Of a stretch of 64,000 nt of DNA, positions 35,497 through 44,644 are shown piece after piece (positions within the stretch are counted from its first letter, which is position 1; each line of letters opens with the position of its first letter). Location: positions 6,111 to 70,110 of IMG/VR virus record IMGVR_UViG_3300038829_000263. One strand, written 5' to 3'. The notes under the pieces are model-generated. The model was not told the origin of the DNA. It worked only from the letters and a program-made list of their open reading frames with translations, and did not search any database. The DNA comes from a virus. The translations under genes and the position numbers were made by a program.

Positions 35497-36101
35497 GCCT
35501 TCCGCCCTGGATGCCACGCGCCCTCCCCTAGCGCCCAGGCTACCAAGGCCCTCTCCATCGCCGCACGGACCGGCGCCTCCCCGGGCCACGTGGCCGCGAG
35601 CCCTATCTGCCTCACGATGTCCGCCTCCCGCGACCACTCCATCGGGTGCACGTCCGGCGTGTTCGCCGCGCTCACGAGCGCCCAGGTCGCACGGTGCTCC
35701 TCGCTCGGATAGGCGAGCCAGGCTTCGGCGCTCTCGACGACGCGCACGACTGCCTCGGCCCCGTCTGGCGTGACCAAGGGCGGAGGAGCGCCCCCATGGG
35801 CTACCCAGGCCCTCGCGGCCGCGCATCCCGCCCTGACCATCACGGGCCGCCCCCAGAGCGAGAGGCCCTCCGCCCATTCGCCGAGCGGCCGCTCTCGCGG
35901 ATCGACCCCGCGCCCCACGGACCAGCTATCTAGTCCCCCACCCGCTATCGCCCCCGCGTCCCCGCAGTAGGCGGCCAGCTCGAGCATCGCCTCCGCCAGG
36001 TCGCCGGCCCTCACGCGTTCGCGTAGTGCCCTCCCTCGCGCCTCCGGCGTCCCTTCCAGGAGGGCCCGCCGCTCTGCCTCCCTCCCCCGCAAGTCGGCCA
36101 T
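35493..36101 (-). CDS. DxxLRxLER-leader family protein
   Basis: MADLRGREAERR...RERVRAGDL..MLELAAYCGD; C-terminal LVAWALG. Confidence 0.65.
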   Translation of the reverse strand: MADLRGREAERRALLEGTPEARGRALRERVRAGDLAEAMLELAAYCGDAGAIAGGGLDSWSVGRGVDPRERPLGEWAEGLSLWGRPVMVRAGCAAARAWVAHGGAPPPLVTPDGAEAVVRVVESAEAWLAYPSEEHRATWALVSAANTPDVHPMEWSREADIVRQIGLAATWPGEAPVRAAMERALVAWALGEGAWHPGRKA

Positions 36102-36257
36102 GCCCTGAGTCTCTTCCCAGGTCACGGGATTTTCCAGTCCACGGTATGGCGCACAACTCGCCTCTTCCCCGCGACTTCCTGCTGCGCTACCCTCCTCCAG
36201 GACCCTATTGAGTCCGCCCATCTGCGCGGCGCCCCTGCCGAGCGAATGGGAGGAGGG

Positions 36258-37160
36258 ATGACGACTCACATGCCGAAAGAGCCCGCGCCCGCTCCAGCCC
36301 CGGCCTCCCCCGCGCGTCGGAAGCGGAAGAAGCGCACGGTCTACGCGCCTGTCCAGTGCCTCATCTGCAAGGACTCGTTCCCGAAGCTGACCCGCTCCCA
36401 CCTTGCGCTCCACGGCTACACGATTGAGCGGTACTGCATCACCTTTGGGGTCCAGAGGGGGCTGTTCAAGCCCTCACGGGGCCCATTTCCGCCCCCTGGA
36501 GTCGATTCTGCGGCCTCCCCAGGCGCCCCCACGGTTCCCGCCGGCAGGGCCCGGGACGAGGTCCTGGCGATCATCGCCAATGGGCACGCGGGGCCGGAAG
36601 GCGCACTCCTGGCCCGTCGCATCGCCGAGGAGCTCGTGGGGGATCCTGAGTTCCTGCAGACTCTCGCGGACGAGGTCGAGCAGACGATCGTCACGTCCTC
36701 GCTGCGGCCGCGCCTGACTTCTGCCCTCGCGAGCATCCTCGCCGCGCGGCTGGAGACTCACGGCGCGGCCCTCTCGCTCCTCGAGCGTGTACGCGGCGAG
36801 TTGGGCCAGACCTGGCGCATCGAGCAGGGTGGCGACGATGGCGGCCCGACGCCGACGCGCGACCTGACCGGGATGCACTTCGCGGCGAACGCCGAACTCA
36901 AGACGGCCGAGGATCTAGTGCTCCGGGCGGTCAAGCTCGCGATCGACGAGAAGAAGGGCCAGGACCCATCCGCGGCCGCGCAGCCGCTCGACGGCGTCCG
37001 CTACTCCGGCCAGATGGAGGCGGCCGCTATCCCGAGCGACCTGACGCCGGCGGAGCGCGAGGCGATGCGGAACCTGGCTGCTCTCCTGCAGAAGGGCATC
37101 GCCGCGAGGCGCTCTCTCGATGCGGTCGCGGCCGAGCGCCAGGGCGAGGACGCCGACTAG
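36258..37160 (+). CDS. MucR/Ros-like C2H2 zinc-finger protein
   Basis: VQCLICKDSFPKLTRSHLALHGYTIERY; GGAGG SD. Confidence 0.6.
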   Translation: MTTHMPKEPAPAPAPASPARRKRKKRTVYAPVQCLICKDSFPKLTRSHLALHGYTIERYCITFGVQRGLFKPSRGPFPPPGVDSAASPGAPTVPAGRARDEVLAIIANGHAGPEGALLARRIAEELVGDPEFLQTLADEVEQTIVTSSLRPRLTSALASILAARLETHGAALSLLERVRGELGQTWRIEQGGDDGGPTPTRDLTGMHFAANAELKTAEDLVLRAVKLAIDEKKGQDPSAAAQPLDGVRYSGQMEAAAIPSDLTPAEREAMRNLAALLQKGIAARRSLDAVAAERQGEDAD

Positions 37161-37573
37161 GCGAACTGCACCTTGCAGCCTGCGCAGACGCCGCGGGCGT
37201 CGAGGCGCCCGGTGCAGCCATACATGCCTTTGCAGAGCTGCCCAGCGAGCGGGGAGGGCTTCGCGGGGGCGGGCGCCGGCGAGAAGTCCGCGGCCTCCTC
37301 GGCGCGATGCACATTCGCATCAGGCTTCGGCCGGCGAGGGGGCTTCTGATGCACCCGTGATGCACGGGCCTTCTTCGGAGGCGCCTTGACCGGCTTCTTC
37401 GCCGGCGTCGCGGCCTTGACCTCGCCGAACGGCCTCTTGCAGGAGGGACAGCCGGCGGCCAGGCGCTCCTCCACCAGGGCGCCCAGCCAGGCTGACAGGG
37501 ACTGGTCGGCCTCCTCGGCTGCTGCCTGCGCCCGCGCACCGACCGCCTCGTTCACCGTCGCGACTATCCGCAC
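37157..37573 (-). CDS. ribbon-helix-helix-like DNA-binding protein with CxxC and Lys/Pro-rich linker
   Basis: RIVATVNEAVGARAQAAAEEADQSLSAWLGALV; AGGAGG SD. Confidence 0.6.
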   Translation of the reverse strand: MRIVATVNEAVGARAQAAAEEADQSLSAWLGALVEERLAAGCPSCKRPFGEVKAATPAKKPVKAPPKKARASRVHQKPPRRPKPDANVHRAEEAADFSPAPAPAKPSPLAGQLCKGMYGCTGRLDARGVCAGCKVQFA

Positions 37574-37584
37574 AGGGCCTCCTC

Positions 37585-37624
37585 GATGCAGATGTGCATC
37601 ATGCACGCGATGCAGATGCGCATC
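37585..37624. promoter_or_regulatory. tandem GATGC-N6-GCATC inverted repeats, candidate operator
   Basis: Copies at 37585-37600 and 37609-37624; also 37306-37321 and 37747-37762. Confidence 0.55.
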
Positions 37625-38010
37625 AAGGTGGGCCCTCTCCAGACCCCTACCCCGGGGGTCCCTCCAGGAACGGCCTCCTGGGGCCTCATCAGGACGCCCT
37701 GCAGGAACGAGGGGCCCGGGCGTCTCTCGCGCGCCTCTCTCGCGGCGATGCATGCGCGCATCGCCCTCACGCGGCCTCTCCAGAATGCGTACGGGCGGCC
37801 GTGATGGGGGCGGCCCTCGCGCTCGTACGAGGGACGGACGTCAACGAGCCGGAGGGGGGTGGGGTCGTAAGTTGTGGCCGGGGGGAGCGCCACGAGTAGT
37901 GCGCGATGGGCGAAACCTGTAGCTGTGATCGGGCTAGGGCGCAGGCGCATCGTACGACTAGCAGTAGGTGCGGTGGACGAAACCCGTAGACGTAGGGCCG
38001 GGGCGGGGGC

Positions 38011-38562
38011 CTATTCCTGGTCGTACGACTCCTGCGCCTCGGCCTGGGCGCGGGACTCCGCGAGCGCAGCCTCGAGCGCGGCCCTGAACTCCTCCGGGTC
38101 CATGCCGTCGGGGCAAGGGACGGTGACGGACTCGACTTCTACCGGTTGGGCAGGGCGGAAGCGGACGGTCGCCCGCAGGAGGCCCTGAGCCGTGTCGCCT
38201 GGATCCTGGTGGACCTCTACCTGGGGCGGTTCGGCGAGGCCGGGATGGTTCGCAAGGGCCTCCTGGAGGACGCCCTGTATGGCGGGCGCGAACACCTCCG
38301 TCAGGGATGGGCCGTAGGGCGTGGAGCGGATGAGGCCCAGCGCGTTCCTGACCCAGCCGGGGAGGTGCGCACGGTCCCAAGGGGGATGGTTGGGAGGCCA
38401 GTAGACCTTCGCCGGCAGGAGGCAGAACCCTGCGCGGTCGAGGGCGGCCACGTAGGCGCGCGAGAGGAAAATCTCATCGGGGGAGATGGGGGCGCCCCAC
38501 CCGGTCCCGCCGCCGGCGAGTCTCCAGGCCCTTTCCTTCCCGCGCAGCTCGGCGTCGCTCAT
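38011..38562 (-). CDS. DxxLR-leader protein
   Basis: MSDAELRGKERAWRLAGG. Confidence 0.55.
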   Translation of the reverse strand: MSDAELRGKERAWRLAGGGTGWGAPISPDEIFLSRAYVAALDRAGFCLLPAKVYWPPNHPPWDRAHLPGWVRNALGLIRSTPYGPSLTEVFAPAIQGVLQEALANHPGLAEPPQVEVHQDPGDTAQGLLRATVRFRPAQPVEVESVTVPCPDGMDPEEFRAALEAALAESRAQAEAQESYDQE

Positions 38563-38942
38563 GCGCGGGGCCCGAACCTCGAGACGTAGATCTCGTCAGG
38601 GCCCCAGGTGTAGCCGCGCGGGGCGTAGAACGGTACTGGCATCTGCACGGCGACCGCGTCCAACGGATGCAAGGGGAAGCCGAGGACGCCGGCGAGGTCC
38701 ACGCGCACCGTGTTCATGCTCTCGGGGTGGAACGCCCAAGGGGCCGGGCCGTAGGCAACGCCATTCACGTAGACGAGCACGCGATCGAGCGCCGGCAGGA
38801 GCGGCGGCGAGGCGCGGTCGAGGGCCGCGAGGTAGACAGCCTGCCTGGCCTGGGCCTCGGCGTCCCAAGGGGACCACTGTCCGCGGCGGCCTCCGGCGGC
38901 CAGCCAAGCGCGCTCAAGGGAGCGAAGGAAGAGATCAGTCAC
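38559..38942 (-). CDS. DxxLR-leader protein
   Basis: MTDLFLRSLERAWLAAGG. Confidence 0.55.
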   Translation of the reverse strand: MTDLFLRSLERAWLAAGGRRGQWSPWDAEAQARQAVYLAALDRASPPLLPALDRVLVYVNGVAYGPAPWAFHPESMNTVRVDLAGVLGFPLHPLDAVAVQMPVPFYAPRGYTWGPDEIYVSRFGPRA

Positions 38943-39385
38943 AGACAGCGCCTCCCGGGGTCCGGGGCCTCCTGGTCTGCGGCCCAGACACGCGCGGCGA
39001 AGTGAACTGTCTGGCCGTTATCGGCCGAGAACGGCCAGGGCCTGCCCACGCCGAAGTCTATGCTCGGCGTCTGGAGTTCAACGAGGGCGGCCGCAAGGTA
39101 CTCATCAGGCCAGGCGTAGACGCACGCGCTCCGAGGTGTCCGGCGAGCAAGGGAATTTCCGTTGTCGTGCCGGTACACCGCTACCCGGATGGGGATGTGG
39201 CCGCCGCCGTGGAACCTCACGCGGAAACAGATGCCGGCGGATGTAGGTTGCTCGAGGACGAGATCCGTGCTGGGAAGCGGCAAGGGCAGGCAGGCCCGGC
39301 GCAGGGCCGCTAGGTAAGCCAGAGGCGCGCCTGCCTCTCGCTCTTGCGCGCGGCGCTCCAGGTCTCGCAAGCGCGCGTCGCTCAC
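38939..39385 (-). CDS. DxxLRxLER-leader protein
   Basis: MSDARLRDLERRAQEREAGAPLAYL. Confidence 0.55.
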   Translation of the reverse strand: MSDARLRDLERRAQEREAGAPLAYLAALRRACLPLPLPSTDLVLEQPTSAGICFRVRFHGGGHIPIRVAVYRHDNGNSLARRTPRSACVYAWPDEYLAAALVELQTPSIDFGVGRPWPFSADNGQTVHFAARVWAADQEAPDPGRRCL

Positions 39386-39759
39386 GAAGTCAGCCGGCGG
39401 TACTCCATGACGAGCACCCTCTCGCGCTCCACCTCTCCCTTGGAGAAGGTGAACATCCCTCCGTAGGACTCGACGCCGCGCACGACCTTCACGAGGACCA
39501 TCGCGCGAAGCTGCCGGCGCTCGACGCACTCGGGGTCGTTCGTGGAGGGGTCGCAGATGGCATCGCCCTCGGTGAGGTTGTGCGCCGCCCGGAGAGCCGT
39601 GCCGAGCGCGGCCTGCAGCTCGCGCCAGGCGAGCGGCGGGGGCAGGGTGTCGGTGAAGAAGCACCGGCCGACGATGCGGTAGATGTCCCCCGCGGCCGCG
39701 AACACGGGGACCATGTCCGGCGTGATGACGTCCACGGGGGCGGTCAGCTTGACGATCAC
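39382..39759 (-). CDS. hypothetical protein
   Basis: Coupled ORF. Confidence 0.55.
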   Translation of the reverse strand: MIVKLTAPVDVITPDMVPVFAAAGDIYRIVGRCFFTDTLPPPLAWRELQAALGTALRAAHNLTEGDAICDPSTNDPECVERRQLRAMVLVKVVRGVESYGGMFTFSKGEVERERVLVMEYRRLTS

Positions 39760-40043
39760 TTGCCCTCTCCCTTCGGTTCCTGGGGGCGCCAGAAGAGGGC
39801 GCCGCGAATGCCGTCCTCGTCAATGTAGATCTCCAGGTCGAGGCCCAGGGCGTGGAGCTCGAGCTGGAGGGACCCGTCGCAGCAGGGCACGACGGCGAAG
39901 CCGCGCAGGAGCTTCCGGGCGTGCTCGATGGCCGAGGGCGAGATGGCGTGGGCGCCGTACGAGTCCCAGCCAGGCTTGAGGGCGGCCAGGTCGTCGAGGC
40001 GGTCGTAGGGATCGCGGAGGTCAGGCGTGGGCATCGTGGGCAT
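39756..40043 (-). CDS. conserved phage hypothetical protein
   Basis: LAALKPGWDSYGA...VVPCCDGSLQLE. Confidence 0.6.
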   Translation of the reverse strand: MPTMPTPDLRDPYDRLDDLAALKPGWDSYGAHAISPSAIEHARKLLRGFAVVPCCDGSLQLELHALGLDLEIYIDEDGIRGALFWRPQEPKGEGK

Positions 40044-40935
40044 CGTGTACTTCCTCTTCGCACCGCTCGAGGCCGCCGCCCTCTTCGCGGAGTTGGTAGC
40101 AGCCCCGGCCGTGCTCGATCTCGCCGGGCGGGCGGCAGGACGCGTGACAGACCTTGCAGACGCGAATGCAGACCGGCGCAGAGAGATGGGCGTGCGCGTC
40201 GCAGAAGACGCGACCGCTGTGCTGTCGCAGGGTTCCGTGCTCCAGGCATCCCTCGCGGCGGCAGCGCGCCTCCTCCAGGGACACCATCCGCCCGCCGCAG
40301 GCTTGGCAGGGCATGTCGCGTGTCCCAGGCGACCGCGGCCACTGGACCCCGCAGTACAGGCAGCGCAACTCCGCGGCGTCAGGATAGTACTCACGAAGGC
40401 AGGCCGCGCAGTTCACCTGACCGAGGACGTTCGTGATTGTCTGCGCCTCGTCAGCGATGATCACGTCGTAGTCCGCCCCGCAGCAGACCGCTGGGCCATC
40501 ATCTACGCACAGGTGCACCAACCTGCATGATCCGAGGTGCGCGGCCCGCTCGCAGCGCGGGCAGTTCCCGACCGCGATCCGTGCGGCGGCCGCCGGGGTC
40601 AGGCCCTGGGCGGCGGCCTCCACGATGGGAACTCCTGCGGCAGGCACCATGGGTACCCCATCCCCACGGATGAACGCCACCATGTCCTCGGGGAGGACCG
40701 GGCGGGAGTATGCGGCCATGAGGGCATCCGCCAGCTCACGGGCGTTGATGGGACCGGCCCGGCAGTGCACGTAGAGCTCGTTGATAGTACGCGCGCTCGT
40801 GACGCCCTGGGCGATCATGGCCAGGATCGGCGCCCCGCGGGCGCGGAGTTCCTCCTCGACCCAGGCCATCCCCGCGGCCGCGTCTTGCGTCTCCCGCCAT
40901 CGCCGCTCCAGCTCGCGCAGCTTCTCGTCGCTCAT
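40021..40935 (-). CDS. DxxLRxLER-leader protein with multiple CxxC
   Basis: MSDEKLRELERRWRETQD. Confidence 0.65.
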   Translation of the reverse strand: MSDEKLRELERRWRETQDAAAGMAWVEEELRARGAPILAMIAQGVTSARTINELYVHCRAGPINARELADALMAAYSRPVLPEDMVAFIRGDGVPMVPAAGVPIVEAAAQGLTPAAAARIAVGNCPRCERAAHLGSCRLVHLCVDDGPAVCCGADYDVIIADEAQTITNVLGQVNCAACLREYYPDAAELRCLYCGVQWPRSPGTRDMPCQACGGRMVSLEEARCRREGCLEHGTLRQHSGRVFCDAHAHLSAPVCIRVCKVCHASCRPPGEIEHGRGCYQLREEGGGLERCEEEVHDAHDAHA

Positions 40936-41264
40936 GGTCCCTTCCTTCGCCTCTTCCCCGCGCTCGCGAGTTCGTCCATGGCCTTCGCCACGACGCGGCA
41001 GTCCTTGGCCCTGTCGACCGCCCAGGCCGTCCCGACCTTCGACTCCAACTTGAGCGCCATGTCCCGGAGGCCCGCGGCGAGGCCATCGCCCGAGACGCCC
41101 AGGCGCTCATCGTGGCCTTCGAGCAACGTGGCCAGGTTGCGGCAGTTCTCGGCCTGCGTCCCCAGGAAGGCGACGAGCTCCGCGGCGCCGGCGGGCGAGG
41201 CCGCAACGGCCGAGTCGAGCGTGGCGGCCATGCGGCGCAGGCCCTCACAGAGGGTGATGCTCAC
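40932..41264 (-). CDS. hypothetical protein
   Basis: Coupled ORF. Confidence 0.5.
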   Translation of the reverse strand: MSITLCEGLRRMAATLDSAVAASPAGAAELVAFLGTQAENCRNLATLLEGHDERLGVSGDGLAAGLRDMALKLESKVGTAWAVDRAKDCRVVAKAMDELASAGKRRRKGP

Positions 41265-41656
41265 GGCTTCGCCTCGTCCTCTGGGGCCTGCGCGGCCTCC
41301 GCCTGGGCCAGCTCCTGGAGGAGGACCGCCTGTCCCGCCTCGGCCTTCGCCAACTCCCGGAGTAGCCTCGTCCGCTCCATCTGCGCTTTCGCCAGGGCAC
41401 AGTCGACCTTCGCCTTCGCGATGCGCTTCTCCAGCATCGCCACGTAGATCGCCTGGGCCTTGAGGAAGCGCTCCTCTGCGCGTTCTAGCCTCGTCGGGCC
41501 CGGCTTCGCGGGCAAGGTCGGGCCGCAGGGGCCTCGGCGCCCTGCGGCCGGCCCAGGCTTCTTCCGCGGGCGGCCGCGCTTCTTCGCTGGGGGTGGGGTC
41601 GCGGCCGGAGACGGGGAGGCGTTCACATCCCCGGTGGGAACTTCGGAACCCGTCAT
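41261..41656 (-). CDS. AT-hook/coiled-coil protein
   Basis: KKRGRPRKK AT-hook-like motif; helical C-terminus. Confidence 0.55.
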   Translation of the reverse strand: MTGSEVPTGDVNASPSPAATPPPAKKRGRPRKKPGPAAGRRGPCGPTLPAKPGPTRLERAEERFLKAQAIYVAMLEKRIAKAKVDCALAKAQMERTRLLRELAKAEAGQAVLLQELAQAEAAQAPEDEAKP

Positions 41657-41898
41657 CGACCCTCCCTCCTGGCCACGGCGCGGAGCGTCCAGCCCAGCGC
41701 CACGAGACCTTCCCACGTCGGGGCGACCTTCCGGTAGTTCCAGGCCGCGACGAACATGGCCTCGGCCTGCGTCTCGAACACGGGCACGAGCGGGATGCCC
41801 TGCGTCGGCACGAGGACGACGCCGGGTTCGCCGCGGGCCGCGCGCGCCCAGCCGTGCCACCACAGGTCGATCGCGTGCCGTGCCTCGGGCTCAATCAA
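41653..41898 (-). CDS. hypothetical protein
   Basis: TTG overlaps stop of upstream gene. Confidence 0.45.
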   Translation of the reverse strand: MIEPEARHAIDLWWHGWARAARGEPGVVLVPTQGIPLVPVFETQAEAMFVAAWNYRKVAPTWEGLVALGWTLRAVARREGR

Positions 41899-42191
41899 GG
41901 CGCCTCTCCTGCGTCGATGGCTTGCCAGGGGGCGTCTGGGTTGATCGTCTGCGGCCGTGGTGCTCGGGCCTGCACTGGTTTCGACCGGCCGGCCTGCACG
42001 CAGGCGGGGCAGAGCACGACGCCGTCCTTGAGCCAGAGGCGCCACCCGGCTAGGCGCGCCCGCCGGCGGCACGTCTCCCCGCGCTCGGCCGTCAGCCCCA
42101 GGAGTACGGGCGTCCGCCACTTCTCGGGGCCCGCGGCCGCGCAGGGTTGGCCGTCGCAGTAGAGGTCGAGGGAGTAGCAACCGACGATCAC
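41895..42191 (-). CDS. small Cys-rich protein
   Basis: GCYSLDLYCD...LCPAC. Confidence 0.55.
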   Translation of the reverse strand: MIVGCYSLDLYCDGQPCAAAGPEKWRTPVLLGLTAERGETCRRRARLAGWRLWLKDGVVLCPACVQAGRSKPVQARAPRPQTINPDAPWQAIDAGEAP

Positions 42192-42754
42192 GTGGTGCCC
42201 TCTCCCTGCGCGTCCGCATCGATCGCGTCGATGATCCCATGGCCCACGTAGTCGAGGTTCATCGCGGCCGCCGGGTCGTGGCCAGACTCCACGATGTAGT
42301 TGGCCATCTCCCGGACCACGTCAAAGCGTCCGCGCTCCGCGGCCTCCTCGAACATGGAGAAGATCATCCCCGCGCGGTCCTGTACGTTCTGCACGTCAGC
42401 CCCTGGAGAGGCGAGGAACGCGCCGATGCGGGTGACCTCGGTCGAGGTCAGCGAATCGCGGCCAAGGGCCCCGGCGATCTCCTCCCACAGGGCGCGGCCG
42501 AGGACATGGTACTGCGCACTGACTTCCGTCGGGTCTAGCTGGACGGCCTCGTAGAAGTGCGTGCGCAGGCGGAGGAGCACCGCGCGCCAGCGGCGCCGGG
42601 AGAGGGCGCGCAGCGCTGCGCAGAGCCTCTCGCGACTCTCGTGGCGAATGCCCGGCCCGCCGAGGCGGCGCTGTGTGGCGTCGAGGGCCTCGTAGTCGAT
42701 CTCGAGCGGCTGGTAAGTGATCTTGCGCTCCAGGGCGCGGGCGGCCTCATCCAC
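42188..42754 (-). CDS. hypothetical protein
   Basis: Coupled ORF. Confidence 0.55.
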   Translation of the reverse strand: MDEAARALERKITYQPLEIDYEALDATQRRLGGPGIRHESRERLCAALRALSRRRWRAVLLRLRTHFYEAVQLDPTEVSAQYHVLGRALWEEIAGALGRDSLTSTEVTRIGAFLASPGADVQNVQDRAGMIFSMFEEAAERGRFDVVREMANYIVESGHDPAAAMNLDYVGHGIIDAIDADAQGEGTT

Positions 42755-43070
42755 GGCGGCGGATCAACTTCTCGATGTCGGTCGGCCGCGCGTAGATGGC
42801 CTTGAGCAGGGCGAGGCGCTGGCGGATCCGGGCGACGGCGCGCTCCTCGCGCTTGAGCTGGTCCTCGTGGTCCGCGATGGCCTTCTCCAGCGCGGCCTCG
42901 GGCGTCTCCAGCACTTCCTCGGTCGGGAGGTAGGAGGCGCACCCGAACACGGAGTCCCTCTTCGCCAGATAGGCCCGGGCCGGCGTGCGCTTCGTGATGG
43001 GAATGCCGACGAGGTCGAAGGCAGGCTCCTCGGCGAAGTGTTCGATCTTGCACTTCCAGGCGAACTCCAT
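42747..43070 (-). CDS. hypothetical protein
   Basis: Coupled ORF. Confidence 0.55.
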   Translation of the reverse strand: MEFAWKCKIEHFAEEPAFDLVGIPITKRTPARAYLAKRDSVFGCASYLPTEEVLETPEAALEKAIADHEDQLKREERAVARIRQRLALLKAIYARPTDIEKLIRRRG

Positions 43071-43072
43071 GG

Positions 43073-43396
43073 TCACAGCCTCCTCGTGATGTCCTGCAGC
43101 ATGCGCGCGCAGATGGCGCACTTGTCGTCTCCTGCGTAGTCGCGGTCGCACCCGCCGTCCCACTCGTGCCGGCCGCACAGGGAACGCGGGGCCTTCACGC
43201 CCCCGAAGAAGTGGACCTTGTGACTGCCCGGCGGATGGGCCCAGCCCGCCTCGCGGCGCGCGGCCGGGCGGGGAGGCCCCGGCCGCTTGCAGGCACAGCG
43301 GAACGTGCCGGAGGGCCCGGTGGAGTAGTAGGCGAGGCAGCCATCGGCGCCGTGGCGCTCGGTCAGGTGCCGGCACTCGGGGCAGAGGCGGCTCAC
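43073..43396 (-). CDS. Cys-rich hypothetical protein
   Basis: CPEC, KVHFF...SLCG...CAIC. Confidence 0.5.
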   Translation of the reverse strand: MSRLCPECRHLTERHGADGCLAYYSTGPSGTFRCACKRPGPPRPAARREAGWAHPPGSHKVHFFGGVKAPRSLCGRHEWDGGCDRDYAGDDKCAICARMLQDITRRL

Positions 43397-44079
43397 GGCT
43401 CCTCCAGGGCCCAGGCGATGAGGGCCTCGGTCATCGCTCGGTGGAGCGTCGCCTGCATCGCCTCTGCGTAGTCGGGATCCCATCCCCAGCCGACTCCTAG
43501 CGCGGCGTCCTCGATGAAGTGGATCAGCGCGTTCGTCTCCTCTTCCTCGTTGCCGATGGCCGTGAAGGCGCGGAGGAGCGGGCAGTTGAAGGCGCCGGCC
43601 GCGAGGTCGCGAACTTCGGGGACCAGGGCCTCGTCCGCCAGACTCAGGACGACGACGCGCGCTAGACCCTCTCCCTCCCCGCCCATGTGTGAGGCGACAG
43701 CCGCGGCCGCCCGCACGAGGGCCTCATCCGGGCGGCGCGTCAGGTGCGCGAAGTGCGAGACGAGGTCAGTCGCGAACTCGACGTTCGTCTTGTCAAGGCA
43801 GAGGCGCCCAGGCACGTGGATGGGCGATGGCGTCGGGGATCCGTCTGGCCCCTCGTGGCACTTGTTCCAGGGCTGGTCCTCGGGCGCCGAAGTGAAGTCG
43901 TGCACTGAACAGAGGCCCAGGGCCGACCGGGCCGCCAGGTCGCCGCACGCCGCCGCGAGCTCCACGCGCAGCAGGGAGACCTGGCCGACGCGGAGGCGCG
44001 CCCGAAGCCAGGGCTCGCGCGCCTCGGCCTCCCCGGCGCGCGCGCGGCGCTCGAGGTCCCGCAGGCCGGCGTCGCTCAT
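43393..44079 (-). CDS. DxxLRxLER-leader family protein
   Basis: MSDAGLRDLERRARAGE...WLRARLRVG...RVELAAACGD; C-terminal LIAWALE. Confidence 0.7.
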   Translation of the reverse strand: MSDAGLRDLERRARAGEAEAREPWLRARLRVGQVSLLRVELAAACGDLAARSALGLCSVHDFTSAPEDQPWNKCHEGPDGSPTPSPIHVPGRLCLDKTNVEFATDLVSHFAHLTRRPDEALVRAAAAVASHMGGEGEGLARVVVLSLADEALVPEVRDLAAGAFNCPLLRAFTAIGNEEEETNALIHFIEDAALGVGWGWDPDYAEAMQATLHRAMTEALIAWALEEP

Positions 44080-44357
44080 CGGGCCTCCGCCAGGCGCCGG
44101 GCTCGTTGCCAGAGCCGGCGCAGGGTCGCGCGTTCCTTCGGGGCGGCCTTGTGGCCGAAGAACGCCTGTCCGTAGAGGCCGGCCCCCTGGACGAGGCGTT
44201 CGTAGTAGGCGTCGGGCGTCTTGGCGCCGTCCTGGGCATCGAAGGCGCGCGCGAGGCGGCAGCCGTAGGGCCCGCGGTCGCCGCGCACCTGGGCGTCGAG
44301 GCAGGACTCGTCGGCGCACCGACCGCCGGCGAAGGGGCAACGTCGCGAGGCGTTCAT
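44076..44357 (-). CDS. hypothetical protein
   Basis: Coupled ORF. Confidence 0.5.
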   Translation of the reverse strand: MNASRRCPFAGGRCADESCLDAQVRGDRGPYGCRLARAFDAQDGAKTPDAYYERLVQGAGLYGQAFFGHKAAPKERATLRRLWQRARRLAEAR

Positions 44358-44644
44358 GCGGGGCTCCCCTTCGCCGCGCGCTCCGCGGCCGCGATGGTGG
44401 CGCAGGCCCGGAGCATCTCTGCCCGGGCGGCCAGGTACTCGTTCCAGTCCTTGTCGCGCCAGGGCGACCAGAAGCGCCTCTCCCAGTCCGGCCGCGGGAG
44501 GGCCTTCCGGTAGCGGTCGCGCACGGCTTGGGGCAGGCGCTGCTCGCAGGCGTAGCACAGGAGCATGAACGGGACGCAGGAGAGCGCGCGGCGCAGGCAG
44601 CCGGGGAAGTGGCACCCGACCCTCTTCTGCCCGTAGAGCCTCAC
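44354..44644 (-). CDS. Cys-rich hypothetical protein
   Basis: Coupled ORF. Confidence 0.5.
   Translation of the reverse strand: MRLYGQKRVGCHFPGCLRRALSCVPFMLLCYACEQRLPQAVRDRYRKALPRPDWERRFWSPWRDKDWNEYLAARAEMLRACATIAAAERAAKGSPA

Noticed and set aside
37682-37985. Hammerhead ribozyme (CTGATGAG on minus at about 37686; GGACGAAAC on plus at about 37976)
   Set aside because: The two core halves are on opposite strands, so no complete core can form
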